This document shows, piece by piece, positions 10,754 through 20,419 of a stretch of 21,635 nt of DNA (within the stretch, counting starts at the first letter, position 1; each line of letters begins with the position of its first letter). The DNA lies in NCBI RefSeq assembly GCF_006345805.1, contig NW_021823699.1, positions 1 through 21,635 of the forward strand. The letters run 5' to 3'. The stretch is from Octopus sinensis (taxonomy: Eukaryota). The translations under genes and the position numbers were made by a program. The notes below the pieces were generated by a model. It was given only the letters and a program-made list of their open reading frames with translations, had not been told where the DNA came from and made no database searches.

Positions 10754-11085
10754 TAATGTATGACCGAATGCAATATTAAAAATAACCCTCACAGTGCTGT
10801 TTATTTTGCTTTTGTTTTTGTTTCGACACCAGATCATCCCTCTCTAAGCAGCATCACAATCAAATATCTTCTAGAAATGACCATTTAAATCATCGAAGCT
10901 AGGTTTTCTGTCTTCGTACATGTTGAACGTGAATAATTGAAGAGGTCGATCAGATGTAAATACATTTATTTCTCTGTGATTTTTTAGAAACCAAGAAGAG
11001 AAACCTCAGTTATCAGTTTTCCATGGCCTGCAAATGATTGAGATCCTAACATTGCCCTGAACGGGATGCGAGGCCGTTGCAGGGT

Positions 11086-11193
11086 GTGTATGTGTGTATG
11101 TGTGTATGTATGTGTGTATGTATGTATGTATGTATGTATGTATGTATGTATGTATGTATGTATGTATGCCTGTATGTGTGTATGCATGCATGC

Positions 11194-11230
<37 letters not shown>
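11086..11230. repeat. (TATG)n + (TA)n microsatellite
   Basis: Read directly from the sequence. Confidence 0.95.
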
Positions 11231-11234
<4 letters not shown>

Positions 11235-11481
11235 ACAATTAAGGATAACTTCTTAATAAGGAATCTTAACAAGAAATTATCAGGTAGATAGCGTGAAAAA
11301 CCTCATAAGACAAAAATTTCGAAAATAATTCTTTCTTATTGAACATATTAATTTATATATAGAGGGCATTATTACACATAAATGCCTCACGCTAAGAGGG
11401 ACATCAGTCATTTCTACCAAAAAATTTTACTAATCATGCCCAATGCAATTTTTCAAAGCAAGACATTTAAAAAATGAATTT

Positions 11482-11549
11482 AGTCATATATCACCTGTGA
11501 TTTCGCACTTACCGCAGAAGAATTTGCGACCATGCTCATCAGTAATACT
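11482..11549 (-). ncRNA. Type I hammerhead ribozyme, left-arm copy (core intact, stem I with two mismatches)
   Basis: Minus strand reads AGTATTA-CTGATGA-GCA...TGC-GAAA-TCACAGGTGA-TA-TATGACT. Confidence 0.7.
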
Positions 11550-11780
11550 GATTCTGAACATATAAATAAACGACCAGTACCGTCAAAGTCGAACAGCCAA
11601 TTGCTCTATTCCAACGAAGCACATGGAGAAGTTTACAAATCATATATCCGGTAAATATTCGAAGAAGCCCGCCATTTACCGGATATATGATTTGTAAACT
11701 TCTCCATGTGCTTCGTTGGAATAGAGCATTTGGCTGTTCGACTTTGACGGTACTGGTCGTTTATTTATATGTTCAAAATC

Positions 11781-11848
11781 AGTCTTACTGATGAGCATGG
11801 TCGCAAATTCTTCTGCGGTAAGTGCGAAATCACAGGTGATATAAGACT
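11781..11848 (+). ncRNA. Type I hammerhead ribozyme, intact
   Basis: Stem I AGTCTTA (11781-87)/TAAGACT (11842-48) is a perfect 7 bp. Core CTGATGA (11788-94). Stem II GCA/TGC extended by CGCA/TGCG. GAAA (11826-29). Stem III TCA-cagg-TGA. AUA triplet with predicted cleavage after 11841. Confidence 0.88.
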
Positions 11849-11968
11849 AAATTCATTTTTTAAATGTCTTGCTTTGAAAAATTGCATTGGGCATGATTAG
11901 TAAAATTTTTTGGTAGAAATGACTGATGTCCCTCTTAGCGTGAGGCATTTATGTGTAATAATGCCCTC

Positions 11969-12013
<45 letters not shown>

Positions 12014-12050
12014 TGTATGTGTGTGTGTGTGTGTGTGTGTGAGTGTGTGT

Positions 12051-12349
12051 GGAGGCGCAATGGCCTAGTGGTTAGGGCAGCGACTCGCGGTTGTAGGATT
12101 GCGGTTTCGATTCCGAGACCGAGCGTTGTGAGTGTTTATTGAGCGAAAACACCTAAAGCTCCACGAGGCTCCAGCAGGGAGGAAGGAGCGATTCCTGCTG
12201 TACTCTTTGCCACAACTTTCTCTCACTCTTTCTTCTGTTGGCCTGCTCGCTTAGCCAGCGGGGTGGCGTCATTTAAAGGTTAAAACAATTCGAAGCGCAT
12301 TGTGACCAGCGATGTGTAACAACATCTGATAGCCTGGTCGGTCACGGTG

Positions 12350-12350
<1 letters not shown>
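12051..12350 (+). mobile_element. tRNA-derived SINE family B
   Basis: A-box TGGCCTAGTGG, B-box GGTTTCGATTCC, tail GCCTGGTCGGTCACGGTGA. It lies between (TG)n and (TA)n tracts. Confidence 0.95.
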
Positions 12351-12415
<65 letters not shown>

Positions 12416-12675
12416 GTCGGTGTGTGTGTGCTGTGTGCGCGTGCGAGTGTGTGTGTATGTAAAACTATGTAGGTTAAGGCAGTATCTCAGAGATCGAAAG
12501 CTAACCAAAACAGTAATACATTAACTTCGAAGGTAATAATTAATATTAAAAATTAGTTCTATTTTCGTAGAATTTCCTTATTATATTGATAAAAGCATTT
12601 TTTTTTTTGCGTGGAAGCTTCATTTTACTTTATCTGGAGTTCACACTATAAGCATTTGACGGGGAAATATGTATC

Positions 12676-12988
12676 ACAATGAAATTTAACAAAATTGATG
12701 GTGAATTTTCTTTCCCAGAAAGATACATTCTTAGTATTTGATTTGTTTTGACATGTAGCTTTGGTAAAGCTTAAATAAAGAGCATATCAGCACCAGGTAA
12801 CCTATATTTTGTCATAACAAGTCAACATGCTAATTTTTACTTAAAAAAACTTTAGTCTAAACTCAGTTTATTACTAAATTTCTCATGGGAAATTTACGAC
12901 GAGAAAAAAATAATTTCGTCAGTACATGTTGTCGATGGCATTCGCGTCTATTATAAGAGGAGAAAGTTTACGAACACACGATGTGGCT
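12676..12988 (+). repeat. Unclassified dispersed direct repeat, copy 2
   Basis: Same conserved blocks as copy 1; CTAAACTCAGTTTAT at 12857. Confidence 0.9.
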
Positions 12989-13002
12989 ACGCGAATGTAA
13001 AA

Positions 13003-13300
13003 GGATGAATTTTATTTCCCAGAAAGATACTTTTTGATATTGATTGATTTGCTGTGACATGTGACTTCGGTAAACCTTATCAAAAGAATAGCTAAGCAAC
13101 AGGTAACCTACATTCTATTACGACAAGGCAAAATGTTATGAGTTACTTGAAAAAAACCTTAGACTAAACTAAGTTTATTACTGAAAAGAGTTCTTATGGG
13201 AAATACTGAGGTTGGAGGAGATGCAGTTTCGGTTACGCTGGTGTCAATATCGTTTACCTATGTCATAATACGAGAAAGTCTACGGATACAAAATGTGGTT
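13003..13300 (+). repeat. Unclassified dispersed direct repeat, copy 3 (tandem to copy 2, most diverged)
   Basis: TTTCCCAGAAAGATAC, TGACATGT, CAGGTAACCTA, CTAAACTAAGTTTAT (13164), TTCTTATGGGAAA. Confidence 0.85.
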
Positions 13301-13380
13301 ATTCGACTTCCTTGAAACATCTTTACATCTCACTCAAATAACAAAAAGTATACTCTATTAGAGGATACAAATCCTTTGTA

Positions 13381-14230
13381 TTTTTAATGTTTTATGCATT
13401 TCAGCTCAAAGGCAGTGGCCATGCTAGGGCACCGCCAGTACTAACACCTTTCCTATGGCCATTCATTTATGGTTGTCTTTTGATGAAGGAGGGGGTTCGG
13501 TATTGCTGCTCTCTTTTGAGTTTCTTGCCATGGTGTAGATTCAAGTAGGACCTTAAACAGCAGAAGATCGAGTTGTTTTTTGAAAACATCAACTCCTACA
13601 CTATGTAGGTCACTCAGAGCTTTTGGCAAGCTATTAAATAGTTCTCGCGCTAGCTATCATGCCAAGCTATGGACCTCAATTTAGACGGGAGGGGTAGAAC
13701 CTTTGGAACATGGCAATGACATCTGCTTCGGGGTCTGTTATAAATCTCGATGCCAAAGTTTGGTACCAACTTTTCTAGGATCTTCCATATGTATATCACT
13801 ACATGTCTCTCCCGTCTTCGCTCCAAGGAGTAGAGTCATAGCTCTTTCAGTCTCTCCCAGTGGCTCAGCTGTTCCATCGCTGCAATCAGTTCGAAATAAC
13901 ATATGATGGTATGTGTATTTCAGCAGCTGCAACGCCAGAGATCAGGTGTATTGCTTGATTATATGTAACTAAGTCTCTCAGGAATTGGGTTTTGCGTTGA
14001 TGGGATTTTACAAGGCTGTTGACATTCAGCAGATATATTGGTGTGACATACAGAGTTTCTTGTATCAAGATTCTTCAGGGTTTCCGCAATTAGATTGTTT
14101 GGCAGTGATCGTTCTGCAAAGTTCCATGCTAGGCACATCGTTTTGATTTCCTCAAATTGTCAGTTTCTTTGTAATTTAAAGGTGGTGCTGTCTTTGCTGT
14201 AGTTGGTTTTGATGAGCTCCATGTTCTTGA
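13381..14230 (-). mobile_element. CR1-superfamily LINE with internal deletion (endonuclease start fused to ORF2 C-terminus and 3' UTR)
   Basis: Minus strand gives LLNVNSLV..FLRDLV..AEIHIPSYV(L)FRTD (APE N-terminus) joined to HWERLKEL*LYSLERRRERHVVIYIWKILEKLVPN...LFNSLPK...VDVFKKQLD, with a stop at 13453-13455, then a 3' UTR ending in TAAAACATTAAAAA. Confidence 0.85.
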
Positions 14231-14640
14231 GATAGGGAGGCAGAGAGGGCAAGAAAAAGTAGAGACAGATAAGCAGATAAAAGGGTAGAGAGAGGTCGGT
14301 AGTAAAGAAAGTCAAGAAAAGTAGAGAGAGCAGTAGAGATAGAGAAACGTAAGTGGAGATGAAGAAACAAAGAGAGAAAAACGAAGATAAGAGAGATAGG
14401 GAGAGAGAGAGAGAGAGCTGAGTGAAAATATGTGAGAAAGAGAGATCGATGTAAATAGAAAGTGAAGAGAGTGAAAGAATGTGGAGATGAGGGAGAGAGA
14501 AGGATAAATCAATATAAATAGAAGAGATAGTGGAAATGGATGTCAAAGAGAGGTCAATGTAGATATAAACGAAGAGGAGTAACAAAGAGATAGAAAGGGA
14601 AGAAAGAGTGAGAGGTATAGAGAAAATAGATCAATTTAAG
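14231..14640. repeat. Purine-rich (AG-biased) low-complexity tract
   Basis: About 400 bp of mostly A/G on the + strand; probably a decayed (AG)n/(AGAT)n array. Confidence 0.85.
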
Positions 14641-15447
14641 TGTAACTAGAGATAAAGACACAACTCAGAGGTGGTGATAAAAATTCTGTCTGACATTAGA
14701 CATGTGATAATGAAAATATATAAAAATTATCAGTATGTATCGAGGAAGGCAGAAAAAAAGAGATAATAATAAACTTTTGTTTCTGTTACCTTCAGATTGG
14801 TCCGATTAAAACGAAATAAATTTCTTCTCACTTTGTGTACTTACCCAACTTCAATGATCTAACCTACGTGATTTACTATCGAAAAATGTAAACAAACCTC
14901 AGATTCCAGAAATTCTTGTATTTGATACTCTTTTGCAATCTACAAAATTGCATACAAACGTTTGGGTCATACAAGTCGGAATCTTCCGATCGTATTTTTC
15001 AAAGTACAGTCATACGTAGATATGAAGATATATTTACTCAACGATTAGGCGAGTTGGCCTTAATCTTTTAACGTCGAAAAATTCCTTAAAAACTGCATTA
15101 CGGTTGATGGAATTAAAATATTGTTTTTTTTAAATTATGGTATAATGGCAGTAATATATTTCAACCAGAGACCAATTAGATTTCAGTTCAATTCGATCTA
15201 ATTGGAATTTGCCGATTCTTCCAGTATCTTAGCTTGACAGCTTTAACAAGCCGGAGTCATCTTATAAAATAAAAATTATGAAAACAAATAATATCGATGA
15301 TCTTAATGTTGCGAAATATTATTGATACAGTCAACATTTATGATAGTCTTTCGGTGACAATATTGAGTTCAGCCAAAACCGAAACTTATTTTACTAGATT
15401 AATCTGATATTCTAGATATAAAGCTCAAAGTGCTGGAAAAAAATTAT

Positions 15448-15601
15448 GCTTACGAACCACATGGTTCCGGGTTCAATCCCACTGCGTGGCAACTTGGGCA
15501 AGTGTATTCTACTATAACCTCGGACCGACCAATACCTTGTGAGTGGATTTGGTAGACGGAGACTGAAAGAAGCCCATCGTATATGTATGTATATATATAT
15601 A

Positions 15602-15654
<53 letters not shown>

Positions 15655-15880
15655 GGTGTGTGTGTGTTGTATGTTTGTATGTCTGTGTTTGTCCCCCCAA
15701 CATCGCTTGACAACCGATGCTGGTGTGTTTACGTTCCCGTAACTTAGCCGTTCGGCAAAAGAGACCGATAGAATACGTACTAGGCTTACAAAGAATAAGT
15801 CCTGGGGTCGATTTGCTCGACTAAAAGACGGTATTCCATCATGGCCGCAGTCAAAATGACTGAAACAAGTAAAAGACTAA
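15448..15880 (+). mobile_element. tRNA-derived SINE family A, 5'-truncated (A box missing)
   Basis: Begins GCTTACGAACCACATGGTTCCGGGTTCAATCCC; otherwise colinear with 8727-9148. Confidence 0.93.
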
Positions 15881-16129
15881 ATATAGACAATGATGATAAT
15901 ATCAGGATGATAGCGATGATAAGGATTATTGTTATCAATATCTATAAATTCGATAAATGATCGCAGTGAGATTATTTTCACACTTCCTTCGATAAATATA
16001 AAAATTCTTATCTGGTTTAATAAGAAGACGGATGTGAAAGAAACAGTATTGTGGGATTGATAACTGATGAAGTAGAACAATGATAGCTCTACAAAAAATG
16101 AAGTTAACACCTTGTTACTTCTGATATCT

Positions 16130-16633
16130 GGAGGTGCAATGGCCCAGGTGTAAGGGCAGCGGACTCGCGGTCCTAGGATCGAGGTTTCGATGCCCAGACC
16201 AGGCATTGTGAGTGTCTATTGAGCGAAAACACCTAAAGTAGTGGTGATCCCTGCTGTACTCTTTCACCACAACTTTCTCTCACTCTTTCCTCCTGTTTCT
16301 GTTGTACCTGTATTTCAAAGGGCCAGCCTTGTCACACTCTGTGTCACGCTGAATTTCCCGAGAACTACGTTAGGGGTACACGTGTCTGTGGAGTGCTCAG
16401 CCACTTGCACTTAATAAATGAGCTGCGACGTCAATGGTGCCAAGCTGTATCGGCCCCTTTGCCTTACCCTTGGATAACATCGGTGGCGTGGAGAGGGGAG
16501 GCCGGTATGCGTGGGCAACTGCTGGTCTTCCCTAAACAACCTTGCCCTGACTTTTGCCTCGAAGGGTAACTTTCTAGGTGCAATCCCATGGCCATTCATG
16601 ACCGAAGGGCGTCACAATCACACACACACACAC
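16130..16633 (+). mobile_element. SINE with family B head and a different, longer 3' body; (CA)n tail
   Basis: The head matches 12051-12230; sequence after ~16295 does not match family B. Perfect 13-bp TSD ACTTCTGATATCT (16117-16129 and 16634-16646). Confidence 0.92.
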
Positions 16634-16899
16634 ACTTCTGATATCTCATACCTATAGAGAAATAGGATTTTCTATTCTTTTATTCAAATAATAATATATC
16701 ATGGGCAACATATAATAATGTGTACTTCTTTGTCGTTGTAGATATTATTTAAACCTGCGCACATTTAGTCATCATTGTTGCTTGTCTTCTATTAATGCAT
16801 GGTGTACCTAGTATTACGTTATCGAATGTGTCCCTCGTTGTTATTATTCCTAATTTAAAAGATCTTGCTTATATTAAGAAGTGGTGTATCTAGGACTAC

Positions 16900-17285
16900 A
16901 TTACCTGGTGTATATTTTATTTATATTAGCATTATTTTTGGTCTCTTTCAGAAGACCTTCATCATCTGACCATCCGGTTGTGCTAAGAGAAACCTGTCTT
17001 TCAGCCAGTCATAGTGTATCAAGGACTACAACATTATCTAATATCTTCTTCCTTGTTGCTGCTCGGTCAATGTAGATCCATCAGATTTATAACCAATATG
17101 TGTTTCAGGAGTGATTGTTTTGTCTTTCATTCCAAACGAAGGTTCCTCTCTTTGGACATTATATGCTTTATTTTTAAGAAGTTTCGATACGATCCTATTA
17201 TGGTTTCGTTATTTTAAGCCAAGTCTAGGTGCCGTAGAATGTCCATTTATTGATAATTCACCGTTATCAGATTCAAGATTGAACA
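16900..17285 (-). mobile_element. Possible decayed C-terminal fragment of an RLE-type (R2/NeSL/R4-like) non-LTR element
   Basis: Minus strand K*RNHNRIVSKLLKNKAYNVQREEPSF...GYKSDG loosely resembles the RHNxIV...EP...KPD signature. It is degenerate and has stops. Confidence 0.3.
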
Positions 17286-17287
17286 TT

Positions 17288-17500
17288 GCGGCGAGCTTGC
17301 AGAATCGTTAACACGCCGGGGAACACGTCTAACGGCATTTCATCCGTCTTTACATTCTGAAATCTAATTCCGCGGAGGTCGATTTTGCTTTTCATCATTT
17401 CGGGGTCGATAAAATAAGTACCAGCTAAGCATTGGGGTCGATATAATTGATTTACCCTTCTCCTAAACTTTCTGGCCTTGTGCCAAAATTTGAAATCAAT
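17288..17500 (+). mobile_element. tRNA-derived SINE head family C, alternative tail, diverged
   Basis: Colinear with 1059-1230 (GCGGCGAGCTTGCAGAATCGTT...GGGGTCGATAAAATAAGTACCAG...GGGGTCGAT), then diverges to GGCCTTGTGCCAAAATTTGAAA. Confidence 0.85.
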
Positions 17501-17556
17501 GTTTAACTAAGTCTAGTGTTCAGAGAGCTTATACTTTTGAAGAAAAGATTGTTAAT

Positions 17557-17915
17557 ACTATGAAATTAACAGAAAAGTTATTCAGAAGAAAACAAGCTGC
17601 AAAATGGCGAATTTCATTTCGAAGCGAAATGATACATTTTTAGTAATTGATTTTTTGTGACATGTAGTTTTGATAAAACTTAACACACACAAAAAAAAAA
17701 AAAAGCCGAAGAAGAAACATATAAGCACCAGGTAACTTATATTTCGTTATGACAAGTCAACATGTTATGAATTACTTCAGAAAAACATAGTCTAAACTCA
17801 GTTTATTGCTTAAGTTCTCATGGGAAAAATCACGGTGAGAAAAAGCGTAAGTTTTACCTGCGCGGGGCTTCAATGACATTCAACTCTACCACAAGAGGAG
17901 AAAGTTTACAAACCA
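17557..17915 (+). repeat. Unclassified dispersed direct repeat, copy 4 (with an internal A-run insertion)
   Basis: TACTATGAAAT shared with copy 1; TGACATGT, CACCAGGTAAC, CTAAACTCAGTTTAT (17792), TTCTCATGGGAAA. Confidence 0.9.
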
Positions 17916-18230
17916 CAAGAAAGTCAGTCTAATTTCTGGAAATAGCAGTCGAATTTACCAGAAATCAGACATTTATAGGAACATATTAGATAATACAAAC
18001 ATATGTACATTGTGCATGAAATAAAGATCTTTGTAATGATGATGACGATGATGTTTTAATATTGACAAAGTTTGTTATTGTCAGTAACAGGGGGACCATA
18101 CAAACAACTACACTGAAATGGTTTTCACATTTGCTTCACCAATGAATGTCAATCTTATTTAAATGGAGTATGGAAGTGAAAGATACATACTCTATTTTGG
18201 AATTGACAACAAAGGAGACTGGACAACAAT

Positions 18231-18568
18231 CTCTCTCTCTCTATCCGCTCAGTCGAAGTCGACTCTCGGTTACTCAATGGATCAGTGTTCTCTAGCCGGT
18301 TCTATCCTGGGCCGCTTCTTTCAGATTGGCTATGTCCATTCCCGTATCACTCTTGATGGTGTCAAGCCCGCGGGTTCTTGGTCGGCTTTTTCCTCTCTTG
18401 CCACTGACCATTCCGAGCTTGATGTCCTTCTCCAGGGATTTTCTCCGCATAATATGACCAAAATATGTCAATCTATGCTTGGTGATCCTAGCTTCTAGTG
18501 ACAGTTTTGGCTTGATCTGGTTAAGAACTTCTCCATTGGTGAGCCTCGCTGTCCATGGAATCCGTAAA
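18231..18568 (-). mobile_element. 5'-truncated BovB-like RTE LINE
   Basis: Minus strand LRIPWTARLTNGEVL...LTYFGHIMRRKSLEKDIKLGMVSGKR...ESRLRLSG* closely parallels the BovB C-terminus. (GA)n tail. 13-bp TSD ACTGGACAA(C/T)AAT (18218-18230 and 18569-18581). Confidence 0.92.
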
Positions 18569-19259
18569 ACTGGACAATAATAGATGCGTGAAATATTATG
18601 TTATTGCGGTTAACTCCAGGTCAGACCTTATTCACCAAATATTTCGATCAAACTTAGCGTAAACGTAAATCTCCAGTGCTTTTTCTTTTCTTTTCTTTTT
18701 AATTTACGTAGTAATGTACCAAGAAGTACAAATGTGACTAATTTTTGTTAGATGAAGAATGGCTCAAATCCTATCACTAAATTTGTTCTGGGTGTTAAGT
18801 CTATGTTTTAACTGTATATTTATCCATTGTTTTACTGCGGTTACATTTTGTCAGGCATCTCTTTATATTCTTATTGTTGCTTCATTGAGTTTTGTACAAG
18901 ATAATTCTTGCAGATCAATGATTAAGGGCGCTCCTTCCATGACCAGCCCTTAATTTAAATACGGAGATGTACTTTGATTACAGCATATAAATGTCTCTCG
19001 TTGTTGTTATTTAGTCACATGTCATCGATCAACCATCAGTGACCAAGTTATTCTACTTTACCATTATATATTTTGGCCGAATTCTGCTTTAAACACGCCA
19101 TATAACCACTAATGACTTTCTATTTTTGGGAATTTTCAGAAAACTTTTGTGAATTTGTATTCTACCACTCCTTGTTTCATAACCCGTGTCTTTCTATCCT
19201 GGCTGCTATTTCCTGTAGTAGGCAAAACCTGTACATACACACACATCACAAATATATGC

Positions 19260-19306
<47 letters not shown>

Positions 19307-20419
19307 AAGAAAATGCACATACTTTACATAGTTTTAATATACGTTAAAATTTATTTATAAGTGAAAGTGTATTGCGTTTGTCGGCCGGTTTCGCTTTCGC
19401 TAATAATGACATTTAGATTATTGTAATTTCGTATTTTCTTACGAAAATTTTAGTCCGTGTTCGTTTGGTAGTTTGTGAATGAAATGAATCAACAGGTAGA
19501 AAAATCTCAGGGAATGTAAGTGATGATGGTTATTATTCGGAACAGGGGAAGTAATTGCTCATTTTGGGAGAGGGGATATACTAAAACTCAAATGCTAAAT
19601 TATTGAGATTAAATATTTACAGTGATGTGTATGTATACCACACCCACACACACACATTTAGACGTGTATGTACGTATGTACATATGTGTGTGCGCTTGTG
19701 CGTGTCTGCGTGTATGTGTAAAATTATAAGGTGTTGAAAATGCACTAAATTTGTGTGGTTGTGTCTGTGTATTTGCATAAAAAAAGTTATATTTTTTTAA
19801 CCTAGAATGCATGTTTCATGTTTCCCAGAGGGAAGACCCTCTTCTCCCGGATCTTGTAGGTTTTGAATTATCATCGTTACCCTTGTAACTTTGCTTTTTC
19901 CTGGCAGAAAAAGCAATCCCATTTTTACCTCTTGAAAATGTGGTCTACATTAGTCTGGCCTCTGTTCTTTGACTTATCCAGCACAAGAGGCCCTATGGGG
20001 TCCTTGCGTTCTACAGGCATAGATTGAGGTACACAAGCTACAAAAGCCATACACTCGTACATACTTAATAAACGAAATGGACAGTGAAGCCCTCTGAGCT
20101 CCAGGATGTGACCGAAAATTTAGATTATGTCAAATTTCTGAGGGAGACATCACACATGTAAAAGCACTTTCCCCGAAAATGTCATCTGGGTTCCATCTCC
20201 CAATGCGACATGACATCTACCTCAAATTAAACTGTTCTAGGATAAATTTAGAGAATTCCCTCCTGTTACAGAATACGTAGATAAGTATCAACCCAAAAAA
20301 CATTGGTGGAACATTCCCATCAATATATATATATATATATATATATAAATATAAGCCCAGCTCTTGATTGACATGCATGTCTGCAGATACTGCTGATAAA
20401 ACATCTCCCATTCACTGCA

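Larger units (their letters stand above)
11231..11979. mobile_element. Fold-back, hammerhead-bearing non-autonomous element (probable inverted PLE pseudo-LTR pair) within (TA)n
   Basis: Inverted arms 11351-11656 and 11674-11979 are 306 bp each, with 4 mismatches (11486, 11546, 11554, 11601) and a 17-nt spacer. The left side has a further ~120 bp unpaired extension (11231-11350). (TA)n lies on both flanks. Confidence 0.85.

Noticed and set aside
11362-11968. Sola2-like MITE reading of the palindrome (GAG...CTC ends, TATA flanks)
   Set aside because: Arm homology extends beyond those ends, one side continues for ~120 bp, and the arms contain a hammerhead. A PLE pLTR inversion explains more.
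12468-12515. ATCTC-A-GAGATC-GAAAGCTA, a partial hammerhead-like motif
   Set aside because: The CTGANGA half of the core is absent.
14060-14085. CTGAAGA...GAAA on the minus strand
   Set aside because: No valid stem II closure or stem III; it lies inside the CR1 fragment.
14839-14941. Possible minus-strand micro-exon IAKEYQIQEFLESE (14898-14939) and a nearby GTAAGT donor
   Set aside because: Only 42 nt, no partner exons found in the window, and such signals are expected by chance in AT-rich DNA.
19335-19560. Segment reminiscent of a non-autonomous Helitron-like repeat 5' end
   Set aside because: No 3' hairpin/CTRR end or second copy found; it cannot be supported from this window.
20164-20188. 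GCACTTTCCCCGAAAATGTCATCTG resembles sequence upstream of bla in pUC/pBR322
   Set aside because: About 25 bp with gaps and mismatches and no flanking vector sequence; treated as coincidence.
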